The notes beneath the pieces are model-generated. The model ran no database searches. It saw only the letters and a list, made by a program, of their open reading frames with translations, and was not told the origin of the DNA. Positions 18,715 through 27,052 of a DNA stretch of 64,000 bases are shown piece by piece. The position numbers and the translations under genes were made by a program. The stretch covers positions 43,762 to 107,761 of the IMG/VR virus record IMGVR_UViG_2574179762_000001. One strand, 5' to 3'. Position 1 is the stretch's first letter. Every line of letters begins with the position of its first letter. The DNA is from a virus (taxonomy: Duplodnaviria; Caudoviricetes).

Positions 18715-19082
18715 GCTTCGTCCACGTCAGGCAGGTCGACGGTGTGCCCGCTCAGGTGGTGCGTGCTGTCACCGAGGAAGGTGATCTGGCCGGGCTGCGC
18801 GCCATTGCATCCAACGAACGAATGGCAGCATCGCCTACCCTTGGAGCTCTCCCAGTCCTGCAACACACTCGGGGTCAGGACAGGACGCTCAAAATCACCA
18901 TTGAATCCCCATTTCGGTTTGTTGGCCACGTGGGGCGACGCCTCCGTTTCGCCAGGAGGGAGCCAGCCAACAGGAATCGTCTTGCCGATGGGCGTACCGT
19001 CCGGCCATAAGCAGCCCGGGCAATTGAACCGGATGCCGTAGAACTTCCCTTCGCTGTCGCGGACGATCTTGGCCTTGCTCAT
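18711..19082 (-). CDS. DUF6527-like Cys/His protein within the lysis cassette
   Basis: FNCPGC, WGFNGD..RP.LTPSVL, CHSFV, I.FLGDSTH.L.G.TV.LP. Confidence 0.7.
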   Translation of the reverse strand: MSKAKIVRDSEGKFYGIRFNCPGCLWPDGTPIGKTIPVGWLPPGETEASPHVANKPKWGFNGDFERPVLTPSVLQDWESSKGRRCCHSFVGCNGAQPGQITFLGDSTHHLSGHTVDLPDVDEA

Positions 19083-19555
19083 ACCTGCCTCCCTTCGCAG
19101 AACGCACGGGCTATTTGGCGCCGCGCCACGAGCCCACGCACCACCTTGCCTTTGACGTTGACCCAGAGTGACAGCGCCGCACACGCGCCGGCCATATCGC
19201 CTGCATTCGCCTTGCGTGCCATGCTGCTGCTGCAGAACGCCTCCACGCCGATGTTGTAGGCGGTATCGACGAACGCCACCTTCTGCCCATCGGTCAGCGG
19301 CACATGCACGCACCCCATGACGCCCTCGGCATGCCGCGCGAGATCGGCGTCCAATTTGGCGGCGCACTCGTTCGGCGTGTAGGTCTTGCCCCAGATCGCG
19401 TCTTCTGTCGCGCCGGTGCAGTAGGTGAGCACGCCGCCAATGTCGCGGTAGGTTTTGTAAACGGTGCCTTCGTTCGCTGGCACCACTTTCATCAGCACTG
19501 CAGCGGCCACCACCCCGACGATGGCCACCAGCCGGTTGCGCAGCGCGGGGTTCAT
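19079..19555 (-). CDS. GH24 lysozyme (SAR endolysin)
   Basis: E-8x-D-5x-T triad (EGTVYKTYRDIGGVLT); hydrophobic N-terminus. Confidence 0.9.
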   Translation of the reverse strand: MNPALRNRLVAIVGVVAAAVLMKVVPANEGTVYKTYRDIGGVLTYCTGATEDAIWGKTYTPNECAAKLDADLARHAEGVMGCVHVPLTDGQKVAFVDTAYNIGVEAFCSSSMARKANAGDMAGACAALSLWVNVKGKVVRGLVARRQIARAFCEGRQV

Positions 19556-19821
19556 TTCCAAATTCCCTTGACCGTCGACCAGGCGGCCACGATGCCCGAC
19601 ACAGCCGCGGCGATATAGCCGATTGGCCGCACGGCCTTGCCGATCCAGTTCAGCGCCTTGAATGCCCCGGCCGCCGCCTGGAACGCCTCGACAATGTCGG
19701 CAGTGTTCGACTCCACTCGGGCGGTTGCCTCGGTGTTGAGCTTCAGCTCTGACTCGATCGTGTTGACCCGTGCTACCAACGCCTGAAAGTTTTCTTCGTT
19801 CATGGTGTTGATCCCCGTCAT
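19552..19821 (-). CDS. Putative holin
   Basis: Coiled coil plus C-terminal TM; directly upstream of the endolysin. Confidence 0.55.
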   Translation of the reverse strand: MTGINTMNEENFQALVARVNTIESELKLNTEATARVESNTADIVEAFQAAAGAFKALNWIGKAVRPIGYIAAAVSGIVAAWSTVKGIWK

Positions 19822-19854
19822 AAGCCGCCAACCCGGCGGTACTTCATCAAATGG

Positions 19855-20055
19855 TCACGTGCAAATCATCACTACAGGTTGCTGCGCGACCGATACCGCT
19901 GGCGCCAACGAGAGCACCTCAATTGCAATCTGAGAGATTCGCCCCTTCGGATTGCTGATTGACAGCACCTCCGCTATCTCCTGGCTTACGCGCCCCTTCG
20001 GGTTCGGAATCGATATGACCTCGACAACAGTCTGGGAATTGCGGGCTGCAGTCAT
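19855..20055 (-). CDS. Small tail-associated protein with a 17-aa repeat
   Basis: EVISIPNPKGRVSQ / EVLSISNPKGRISQ. Confidence 0.55.
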   Translation of the reverse strand: MTAARNSQTVVEVISIPNPKGRVSQEIAEVLSISNPKGRISQIAIEVLSLAPAVSVAQQPVVMICT

Positions 20056-21063
20056 TTACGCGCACTCCACACCAAACTCGGCAGCATTGAGATTGGTTTT
20101 GGTCCAAGCTGCGCTGGTAGCCGGATCTGTTTCGCGAATCTCGCTGTAGTAGAGTTGCGAAGTGCCGAGCGCCTGCGCGGTACCCGAATAGTCTGTGCCG
20201 GCCGAGCGGGTCACAGCCTTCACCAATCGGTCCCCGGCATCATCCTTCAGGGCAGCAATGCTCAGTTGCACCCCGAAAATATTGACCGGAGTGTGCGAAA
20301 TATCGCTGAATCCATAGGTGTCCTTCTGCGTGACGGTGCTACTTTCCACGTAGTCGGTAGTGTTCGGCGTCGCATCGTCGACCAGCGTGTAATGCGTGGA
20401 GCCCGAACTCGTCGCCCATGCAGCGTTGGCGCCATCCGATGTCGGATACAAGGTGTCGATGCGGACGTCGCCCAGGAAGTTATTGTTGCTCGATCCACTC
20501 TGGTCGCAGACATAGAGGTCATCGAACGTCATAGCGTTGTTGTTGCCGACCGCCCCTAATCGGATCTGATTTGCCGAAGCATTGGCTGTACTCTTTGTGT
20601 CTTGGCCAGTTGCCACGGTTATCCAATCGACTCCATTCACGCGCACCTTGCACGAGTTGGCCGAGATAGAGTCGGCAATGGTGACTTTGAACTCGATGAA
20701 GTAGAAATTGCCAGTTGTAAGCGCAGAAGTTGACGTTCCCCCAGAAAGCGCCGTGCCATTGCGCGTCACAGACAACGTCCCATCCAAATTCAATCGCAAG
20801 TCGCACTGTACGTTGCCAGCATCCAGCAACGTAAATATTACCTGCGAAGCGAGGGCACTAAAATTTACGGCGCTGCCAACTACAAAGCTGGCACTCGGAG
20901 GAAGAGTCTTGATGGCATGCGATGTTCCAGGGACCGACATCGCGCCGCCGCCGCGCCGTCCTGACGTTGCACCGATGGATACCGCACCGAACAAAGAGGT
21001 CCACTTCTTCGTGATATCCGCCGTCGCGTAGTGGTCATACCCATCCATAAAGATCAGTGACAT
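20056..21063 (-). CDS. Putative lectin-like (concanavalin/LamG-type) receptor-binding protein
   Basis: Beta-rich, Ser/Thr-rich; FMDGYDHY, YFIEFKV, FDDLYV.D; lower GC. Confidence 0.55.
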   Translation of the reverse strand: MSLIFMDGYDHYATADITKKWTSLFGAVSIGATSGRRGGGAMSVPGTSHAIKTLPPSASFVVGSAVNFSALASQVIFTLLDAGNVQCDLRLNLDGTLSVTRNGTALSGGTSTSALTTGNFYFIEFKVTIADSISANSCKVRVNGVDWITVATGQDTKSTANASANQIRLGAVGNNNAMTFDDLYVCDQSGSSNNNFLGDVRIDTLYPTSDGANAAWATSSGSTHYTLVDDATPNTTDYVESSTVTQKDTYGFSDISHTPVNIFGVQLSIAALKDDAGDRLVKAVTRSAGTDYSGTAQALGTSQLYYSEIRETDPATSAAWTKTNLNAAEFGVECA

Positions 21064-21073
21064 TCCATTGCCC

Positions 21074-22375
21074 CTATCGAGTTCCTGCTAGCGAAAAGCC
21101 GATATCTGCCAGCGTCGCGTCGGGCGTTGCTGGCGCTACCACCCTGAGGATGTCGCCGGCAGCGAAGGTCGTCTGCGACGCCATGATGAAAGTCGCGGTC
21201 GTGGCGCCCGCTGCGAATCGCATAGTTCCCACGGATGCGCCGTTCTTCTGGATATCGAAGTCCGTCTGGGCCGTAGCGGCCGTGCCCGCAGCGCCTCGGC
21301 TGTTCGTCAGGCCCGCGGGGAAAATGACTTGGCGCGGGAATGGCAAGCGCACGAGCACCGCGCTTGCCGCCGGTACGCCGTTGTAGGTTCCGCCCACGTC
21401 GTAGGGCGGATCGTAGAACTCGATGCCAGTCTCGTCGGATTTCACCCGCACCGACTTGCCAGCCTTTCCCGAATAGCTGGCAGGCGCATCGCTCAAGCCT
21501 GTGAAAGTCGTGGCGCCAACATTTCCCGCCGCCTTCACATTGGTCCCGTCCTGGTACAACTGGGCAACGCTCCCTTGCGCCACTGCCACACCGGTTCCGG
21601 TGGCCCCCTTGATGGTTACCGTGAAGCTCCCGGTGGTGTTATTGGTGACAATCCACGCCCGTGGACCGGTACCCAGCGGGACAATGACGTTGATGTTTGC
21701 GGTGATAGCGCCCGTCAGGTTTATCACCTGATTGTTTGCCTCAGTCGCGGTCAACGTCACATCGACTCCACCGGCAACGTCCTTGTTCAGTCTTCCCGTC
21801 AGGAATATCCGCGCAAGTTCTCCAAGGACAGCCTTGCCCTCCCCGGCTTCAAGCCGCTCGTCGAGCGAGTTGTAGGTTGTTCCAAGGGCGGTGCTTATCA
21901 GAGCAGCCAGGAAGTCCGCCGCATTCGGGAACACCGGTGCCACGCGGGTAATGGCGCCGAACGCTGAGCCGGTCCAGACCACCGAGTAAATAGGCTCTGC
22001 CGAGGACGTGACCACATTCGGCTGGCCACCGGCGTCCACTTCCACGTAGTAGGTGGCGGCCGACTTGCCGGAGAAACTCAAGGTGGCCGCGCTCACCAAC
22101 TGCAGCACCTTCGAGAGCGAGATGCGCCACGTATAGCCCGGCTGCATCGTCAGGTTCGACCCGCTTGTCGACGGAGCGAAGCTGCCGTAGCCAATCAGAG
22201 CCGTTGACCCGAACATGCCCTCAAACGCCGTGACCGCAGTGGCAGCGCTGGACGCACCGCCCTGTGTGGCGGCCTGCAGCGCGTCCACGGCGGCCTTGAT
22301 GATCCCGTAGTTGCCGTTGTGCTTGGAGATGTAGTTGGCATCACCGATGGAAAAGGTTGCGAGTTCAATGGTCAC
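21074..22375 (-). CDS. Tail fiber protein
   Basis: Gly/Thr/Ala-rich; TFTGLSDAPASYSG, NNTTGSFTVTIK. Confidence 0.75.
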   Translation of the reverse strand: MTIELATFSIGDANYISKHNGNYGIIKAAVDALQAATQGGASSAATAVTAFEGMFGSTALIGYGSFAPSTSGSNLTMQPGYTWRISLSKVLQLVSAATLSFSGKSAATYYVEVDAGGQPNVVTSSAEPIYSVVWTGSAFGAITRVAPVFPNAADFLAALISTALGTTYNSLDERLEAGEGKAVLGELARIFLTGRLNKDVAGGVDVTLTATEANNQVINLTGAITANINVIVPLGTGPRAWIVTNNTTGSFTVTIKGATGTGVAVAQGSVAQLYQDGTNVKAAGNVGATTFTGLSDAPASYSGKAGKSVRVKSDETGIEFYDPPYDVGGTYNGVPAASAVLVRLPFPRQVIFPAGLTNSRGAAGTAATAQTDFDIQKNGASVGTMRFAAGATTATFIMASQTTFAAGDILRVVAPATPDATLADIGFSLAGTR

Positions 22376-22831
22376 TTAGCGAATCTCCTGAAGAACGCCG
22401 CCCCGGAAGATCGCCGAGGAACCATAAGGCACGACGCCATAGCCACCGTAGGTGGCCAGCTCACCATAGGACAGCGGCCGACCATCGATCGTGAGATCAA
22501 CGATGGAGCCCACCGACAGGTCCGCCAAATTGACGTTGACCACCGTGTAGGTACCGGGAAGCTCCTTCGAGAAGCCCACCACCTCATACTGGCCGGTGGC
22601 AGATCGTCTCAGCCGGCAGGCGTTGCCGGTGTCGGCATAGAGGAGTTCATCGTTGCCGCGTGCGATCGGCACATTGCGCAGCGGATCCTTCTCGCCGATA
22701 TCGACGTCAACGGCATAGATGGTGTTCAGGCCGTCCGTTACCAGCAGCGCTGGCCGGGTCAGGATCTTGCCGTCCATCTCGGCCCTGGCATCACGGATCT
22801 GCGCCGAGACCAGATTGGTGAGGATGCTCAT
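22376..22831 (-). CDS. Tail tip protein (possible OB-fold spike)
   Basis: Position; VDVDIG...LRNVPIA. Confidence 0.55.
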   Translation of the reverse strand: MSILTNLVSAQIRDARAEMDGKILTRPALLVTDGLNTIYAVDVDIGEKDPLRNVPIARGNDELLYADTGNACRLRRSATGQYEVVGFSKELPGTYTVVNVNLADLSVGSIVDLTIDGRPLSYGELATYGGYGVVPYGSSAIFRGGVLQEIR

Positions 22832-24282
22832 GCGACAAACCCCTGTAGCTCAAGAACCGCTGGCGCGTTGCGTGCCAGGTTGCGGGTGTAGTCAGTGACG
22901 CAAAAGCACGTACCGTCCGGAAGCTGCAGGATGTCGCCCGGCTCGATGCGAGGATCGTCGACGATAGAGGCGCCCCACGACGTCGCGCTGCGCGCTCGGT
23001 ACGCCAGCTCACGCACCGCCACTGCCTGGGCGTGGGCCTCATTCACGATCAGATCATTCTCGATGTCCTCGACGTTCTCGGTCCAAATCGACGCAGCGCT
23101 GTTCTTCGCCTCAGTGGTATTGCGGCCGTGCACGAAGTCGTATGGCGTGCCCCAGACCTCATAGATCCCGGTGCCGATGGAAGCCAGAATCAGCAGCACC
23201 ACCAGCTCGGCCGCGCCGTGGACAATCTTGCCGACCGGCGCCGTCGGCCCGCCAAACGGCGGCGCAATGTCCGGCAGCGCGCTGTACACCTTCATGGCGA
23301 GAATCAGCCCGACGAGGGTCGGCGCCCATGCCACCGTGGTCAGCAGGATCTCGCCACTGGTGGTCGTGAGCTGCTTGTACTCCTCGTCGCAGACGGGCAG
23401 CAACCCGCCATTGGCGGACTGTTTGATCACCAGCCTGGTGTTCTCCGCTCGCTGGGTAGCGTCATCGGAGAACGAGATGCTCTTGCGCTGATGCAGTTGA
23501 AAGAACCCAGCCGTGATGGTCGCGTCAGCCAGCTTGGCATCCTGCTGCGCCACCTTTGTCAGTTGAGGATCCAGCCACTTGAGCCGCAAGCTTGACAGTG
23601 CGGGCACTGAGCGGCCACCGCTGACCGCGACAATGCGTGCCTCATCGAGCACGATGTCCGTTGCGCGCCCAAGCTCGCGAGATTGAGTCGTTAGACGCCC
23701 CAGTCCGTCGAAGCGCGGTGCGAGCCCGAGGGGCAGCAGCAGCTGCTCAAGCATGTCCCAGGCGGTCAGGTCCGCGAGCTGGGTATTGCTATGCATCGTC
23801 GTGACTGGCGATGGGGGAAGGATGATCTCGTCATCGTTGAGCCCGAGTGCCCGTCCGATCTGTCGCGCAATCTCGGTCAGCGGCGTCGCCACGGGGAAGA
23901 AGTCCGTCACCCGCCGCACGCTACGCCAGGCCGGCGTGGCATCTGGACTACGGGCGGTCAGCGTGAGCCGGCGCGTGCCACGCTCGATCCGATAGTCGTT
24001 GACTGATTCGATGATCCCCAGCCACAGGATCTGGCCATCCAGCTTCAACTCGAGAATCTGCCCGGCCTTTGGTTGGCTGGCGCCGTACAGCTCAAGATGC
24101 CAGGTCAGCGAGGCGGAAAGCTCGCGCGGCGACTGGCGCAGCGTCTCGGAAACGTAGGCCGACAGGTCGATGGCATCGGTGGCAGCACCGGTGCGCACAT
24201 CACGGATGGATGCCGTCGGGTGGAGAATCAGCGCCACCGTGCGCAGCGCGTCCTTGTCGACCGGAGACCAGCGCCCGTCCAT
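22828..24282 (-). CDS. Tail tip hub/Tal-like protein
   Basis: GQILEL..DGQILWLGIIE, DPRIEPGDILQ. Confidence 0.65.
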   Translation of the reverse strand: MDGRWSPVDKDALRTVALILHPTASIRDVRTGAATDAIDLSAYVSETLRQSPRELSASLTWHLELYGASQPKAGQILELKLDGQILWLGIIESVNDYRIERGTRRLTLTARSPDATPAWRSVRRVTDFFPVATPLTEIARQIGRALGLNDDEIILPPSPVTTMHSNTQLADLTAWDMLEQLLLPLGLAPRFDGLGRLTTQSRELGRATDIVLDEARIVAVSGGRSVPALSSLRLKWLDPQLTKVAQQDAKLADATITAGFFQLHQRKSISFSDDATQRAENTRLVIKQSANGGLLPVCDEEYKQLTTTSGEILLTTVAWAPTLVGLILAMKVYSALPDIAPPFGGPTAPVGKIVHGAAELVVLLILASIGTGIYEVWGTPYDFVHGRNTTEAKNSAASIWTENVEDIENDLIVNEAHAQAVAVRELAYRARSATSWGASIVDDPRIEPGDILQLPDGTCFCVTDYTRNLARNAPAVLELQGFVA

Positions 24283-24827
24283 TACAGTTTCCCCAGGATG
24301 CGCAAGCGCAGTTCAACGTCGAAATTGATGTAGCCTGCCTCATTGAAGATCACGTGGTTCAGCGAGATGCCGTCCCCGCCCCCTACAGTCAGCGACACCA
24401 ACGCCACCTCGTAACCGTTGGCGTTGACGTAGCTGGGATACCAATTCACCCGCGCTACCGCGGGATCGGGCGGATTCGACCAGTGAGCAACCAGCATGCG
24501 CAGCTGATCGACCGTCATCGATAGGCCGCCATCGGCATTCCAGCGCTCGACCACCTCAACGTCGCGCAGCTTGCCTTGCCAAAGCGTATTCGAGGCCCCG
24601 CCGAGGGTGCGCGTGCTTGCCCAGGTCGGCGCGATGATCGCGTCGCCATCCATATTGGTCCACTGATCGGGCGCCCGCGCGTAGTCGTAGGTGCCGAGTG
24701 TTGGATGCACAAGCCGACCATTACCGACTGCTGCGCCGACCGCCGGCAACACTGAAATCGTGATCTGCTCGGTCCCGGTGGACGCATCGCCTATAGTGAA
24801 GCTCGCAGAGCTGGTCAGGACGGTCAT
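24282..24827 (-). CDS. Distal tail-like protein
   Basis: Position and size (181 aa). Confidence 0.5.
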   Translation of the reverse strand: MTVLTSSASFTIGDASTGTEQITISVLPAVGAAVGNGRLVHPTLGTYDYARAPDQWTNMDGDAIIAPTWASTRTLGGASNTLWQGKLRDVEVVERWNADGGLSMTVDQLRMLVAHWSNPPDPAVARVNWYPSYVNANGYEVALVSLTVGGGDGISLNHVIFNEAGYINFDVELRLRILGKL

Positions 24828-25918
24828 AGTGCATCCTCCACCGTTGCGCTAGCGCTCAGGTCCATCGACCCCGGGGCGTCGCAGTGAATCGTTGCAGCAG
24901 CTTCCCCATGCCCATCTGAGCCAGCGGGATGCCGTACGATCGAGGCGTCTCCAACTACGGACAGAACCACTGAGGCGCCCGAAACTGGCTCACCAGCGTC
25001 ACCCACCACACGTACCAGCACCGGCACGTTTCGGTCTTTTCGCGGGGCCTTCAGCGGTAGCGGCTTTGTCAGGTGAGTGCCAAGCGGCACCGGATACCAG
25101 CCTCGAATCACCGACTGGCAAGCGCCATCAACCGCGTCGTCGACCACCTGAAATGCCAATAGTCGGCGATATATGCGATCCCAAGCGTAGACGACGTCGC
25201 TACCGGCTGGGGCGGGCGATCGCACCGTATGCAGAACCTCTCCGGTGGCGTAGTCCACAAGGTTCAGTAGCCCATTAGCTGTTGCCACATAACAGCGGCG
25301 CTCGTCCTCCGGCAGGATATCCGTCGGCGTCCCGGCAACATTGATGTGGCGAATCAGCGCGCCAGTCGTCCAGTTATAGACGCCAATCTTATTGGCCCCG
25401 CCCTCGCTGCTGGTATAGAGCACAGCTAGGTTCTGTTGCCGGTCAACCATGGCAACGTGGACGCCAAACGCCCCGAAATCGGCGGGATCGCGTCGCGTGC
25501 CAGGAATCTCTGCATAGCTGATGCCGTCCACCTCAAAGAAGCTTCCCGTGATGGAGTGCTGCCAGAGCGAGCCATCACGCGCCTGGACGAACCCGTAGTC
25601 GAAGAGACTCCCAGGGTTAGCCCCTCGGCCCATGAACTCGCCGGTCACCGCATTGAACTTCCACCACATGGTTTCGAAGCCCGGCCAGTAAATCCGACCA
25701 GTCACGCCGACCACCACGATGACTGCATCAGCTGTCGCTGTCTTCTCTTGAGTCACAAACATCCCATATACGCCGCCCAATGTCTCGGCATAGATTCTTG
25801 GAGGCGTTACGAGATGCCCGTTGTATAGCGCTCCGAGCCCTGACCCGCTCGGTATACCCGCCCACTCTGCCGGCAGCCGATAGCGGATGGGGCTCGATTG
25901 AAATATCTGGCGAAACAT
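24824..25918 (-). CDS. Virion protein: beta-propeller-like domain plus C-terminal Ig-like domain
   Basis: IGVYNWTTGALIRHI and LVDYATGEVLHTV blades; GDAGEPVSGASV...SDGHGEA. Confidence 0.6.
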   Translation of the reverse strand: MFRQIFQSSPIRYRLPAEWAGIPSGSGLGALYNGHLVTPPRIYAETLGGVYGMFVTQEKTATADAVIVVVGVTGRIYWPGFETMWWKFNAVTGEFMGRGANPGSLFDYGFVQARDGSLWQHSITGSFFEVDGISYAEIPGTRRDPADFGAFGVHVAMVDRQQNLAVLYTSSEGGANKIGVYNWTTGALIRHINVAGTPTDILPEDERRCYVATANGLLNLVDYATGEVLHTVRSPAPAGSDVVYAWDRIYRRLLAFQVVDDAVDGACQSVIRGWYPVPLGTHLTKPLPLKAPRKDRNVPVLVRVVGDAGEPVSGASVVLSVVGDASIVRHPAGSDGHGEAAATIHCDAPGSMDLSASATVEDAL

Positions 25919-26841
25919 CAGAATTTCACCTCCGCCGTAATCGTCGGCATTCCACCGGCGGCATTTGGCGCGATATAGGTATTCCACGCCCACCCATTGC
26001 TGTCCGTCGCGCTTTGCAGAAGCTCCAACGCGCCCGGGCCGATCAGTGCCCAATCGACGGTCTCGTCCTTGCACGGCTCGCTGTTCGAGCCGAGAACGCG
26101 GGTCTTGATGGAGCTTGCACGACCCTTTGCCAGCGGCGTGACTGCAACCGGATCGGAGATCGTCGCCGGGCGCGGGGAGCTGGCGAACACAGTGAGCTGA
26201 GCACCAACCAGCGCCACGAAGATGTCATGCCGTGGGCTATACCAAGCACCTACATTGGCACCGATGAATGCGACACCACCGACCTGCGTCTTCTTGACCC
26301 AATCGTAGAAGACCACCGTGCCGTTGCCGAACGCGACTGCGAGGACGTTGGTATCGCGAGTACGGGATATCGTCGCGCTGTCACCGATAGCGGCGCCGCT
26401 GAGACTGGCCTCGTATGCCCAAGAGCCAACGAGCGTGAGGGGCTTCGATTGCACGTTCGTGCCCGCGAAGTGGAGGTAGCGATCCGGCGTGCGCACCTGC
26501 GCTCCGACTACATAGCCCGTGGCTTCCGAGCCAAGGACCAAATCGCCAAAAGTGGCAGCTCGCTTGTTGAACTTGTAGAGCCTGCTTTCTTCGGAGGAAT
26601 CGTGGACCAGGTACTCACCGGGATTCTGCAGGTCCAGTGCAAATGCATTGGCACGTGCCTGAGCTGCTCGAAGGTAGGCGTGGCCATCCAACTGAACCAC
26701 GTGCAAGCCGCCCTTGGCGAAACTGAACGTGTAGAGGCCAATGTCATCGTCGTAAAGCGCAGAACCACCCGCCGATGGGTCTGTGACCAACGAACCGTTC
26801 GCCACGATATTGAAAGGACCCGCCAGCAGTTCAAGTGCCAT
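25918..26841 (-). CDS. Virion protein: beta-propeller-like domain plus C-terminal Ig-like domain
   Basis: LAVAFGNGTVVFYDWVKK; GSNSEPC...VDWAL.GPG...TDSNGWA. Confidence 0.6.
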   Translation of the reverse strand: MALELLAGPFNIVANGSLVTDPSAGGSALYDDDIGLYTFSFAKGGLHVVQLDGHAYLRAAQARANAFALDLQNPGEYLVHDSSEESRLYKFNKRAATFGDLVLGSEATGYVVGAQVRTPDRYLHFAGTNVQSKPLTLVGSWAYEASLSGAAIGDSATISRTRDTNVLAVAFGNGTVVFYDWVKKTQVGGVAFIGANVGAWYSPRHDIFVALVGAQLTVFASSPRPATISDPVAVTPLAKGRASSIKTRVLGSNSEPCKDETVDWALIGPGALELLQSATDSNGWAWNTYIAPNAAGGMPTITAEVKF

Positions 26842-27052
26842 GCTCGGCCTCGATGACAGCAGCGCCGGAGAGTCCCGCGGGATCGTATTTCGCCCAGGCG
26901 CGCCCTTGCGCGTCCGTACGCCCACCCAAAGGCGTCACGACGCCGGGGCCGCTGGCCACCGACCACAAGACGGCAACGTTGGGCGGCCCATCGAACACCA
27001 CTATGGCGGTCGCATCCGCGCGCAAGGGATTGGATAGCACGCGCAGGCTCAT
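26831..27052 (-). CDS. Stand-alone Ig-like virion protein
   Basis: VLWSV.SGPG...TDAQGRA; resembles the C-termini of the two downstream genes. Confidence 0.6.
   Translation of the reverse strand: MSLRVLSNPLRADATAIVVFDGPPNVAVLWSVASGPGVVTPLGGRTDAQGRAWAKYDPAGLSGAAVIEAEHGT

Noticed and set aside
19855-22375. Diversity-generating retroelement or invertible tail fiber
   Set aside because: No reverse transcriptase, TR/VR pair or invertase seen
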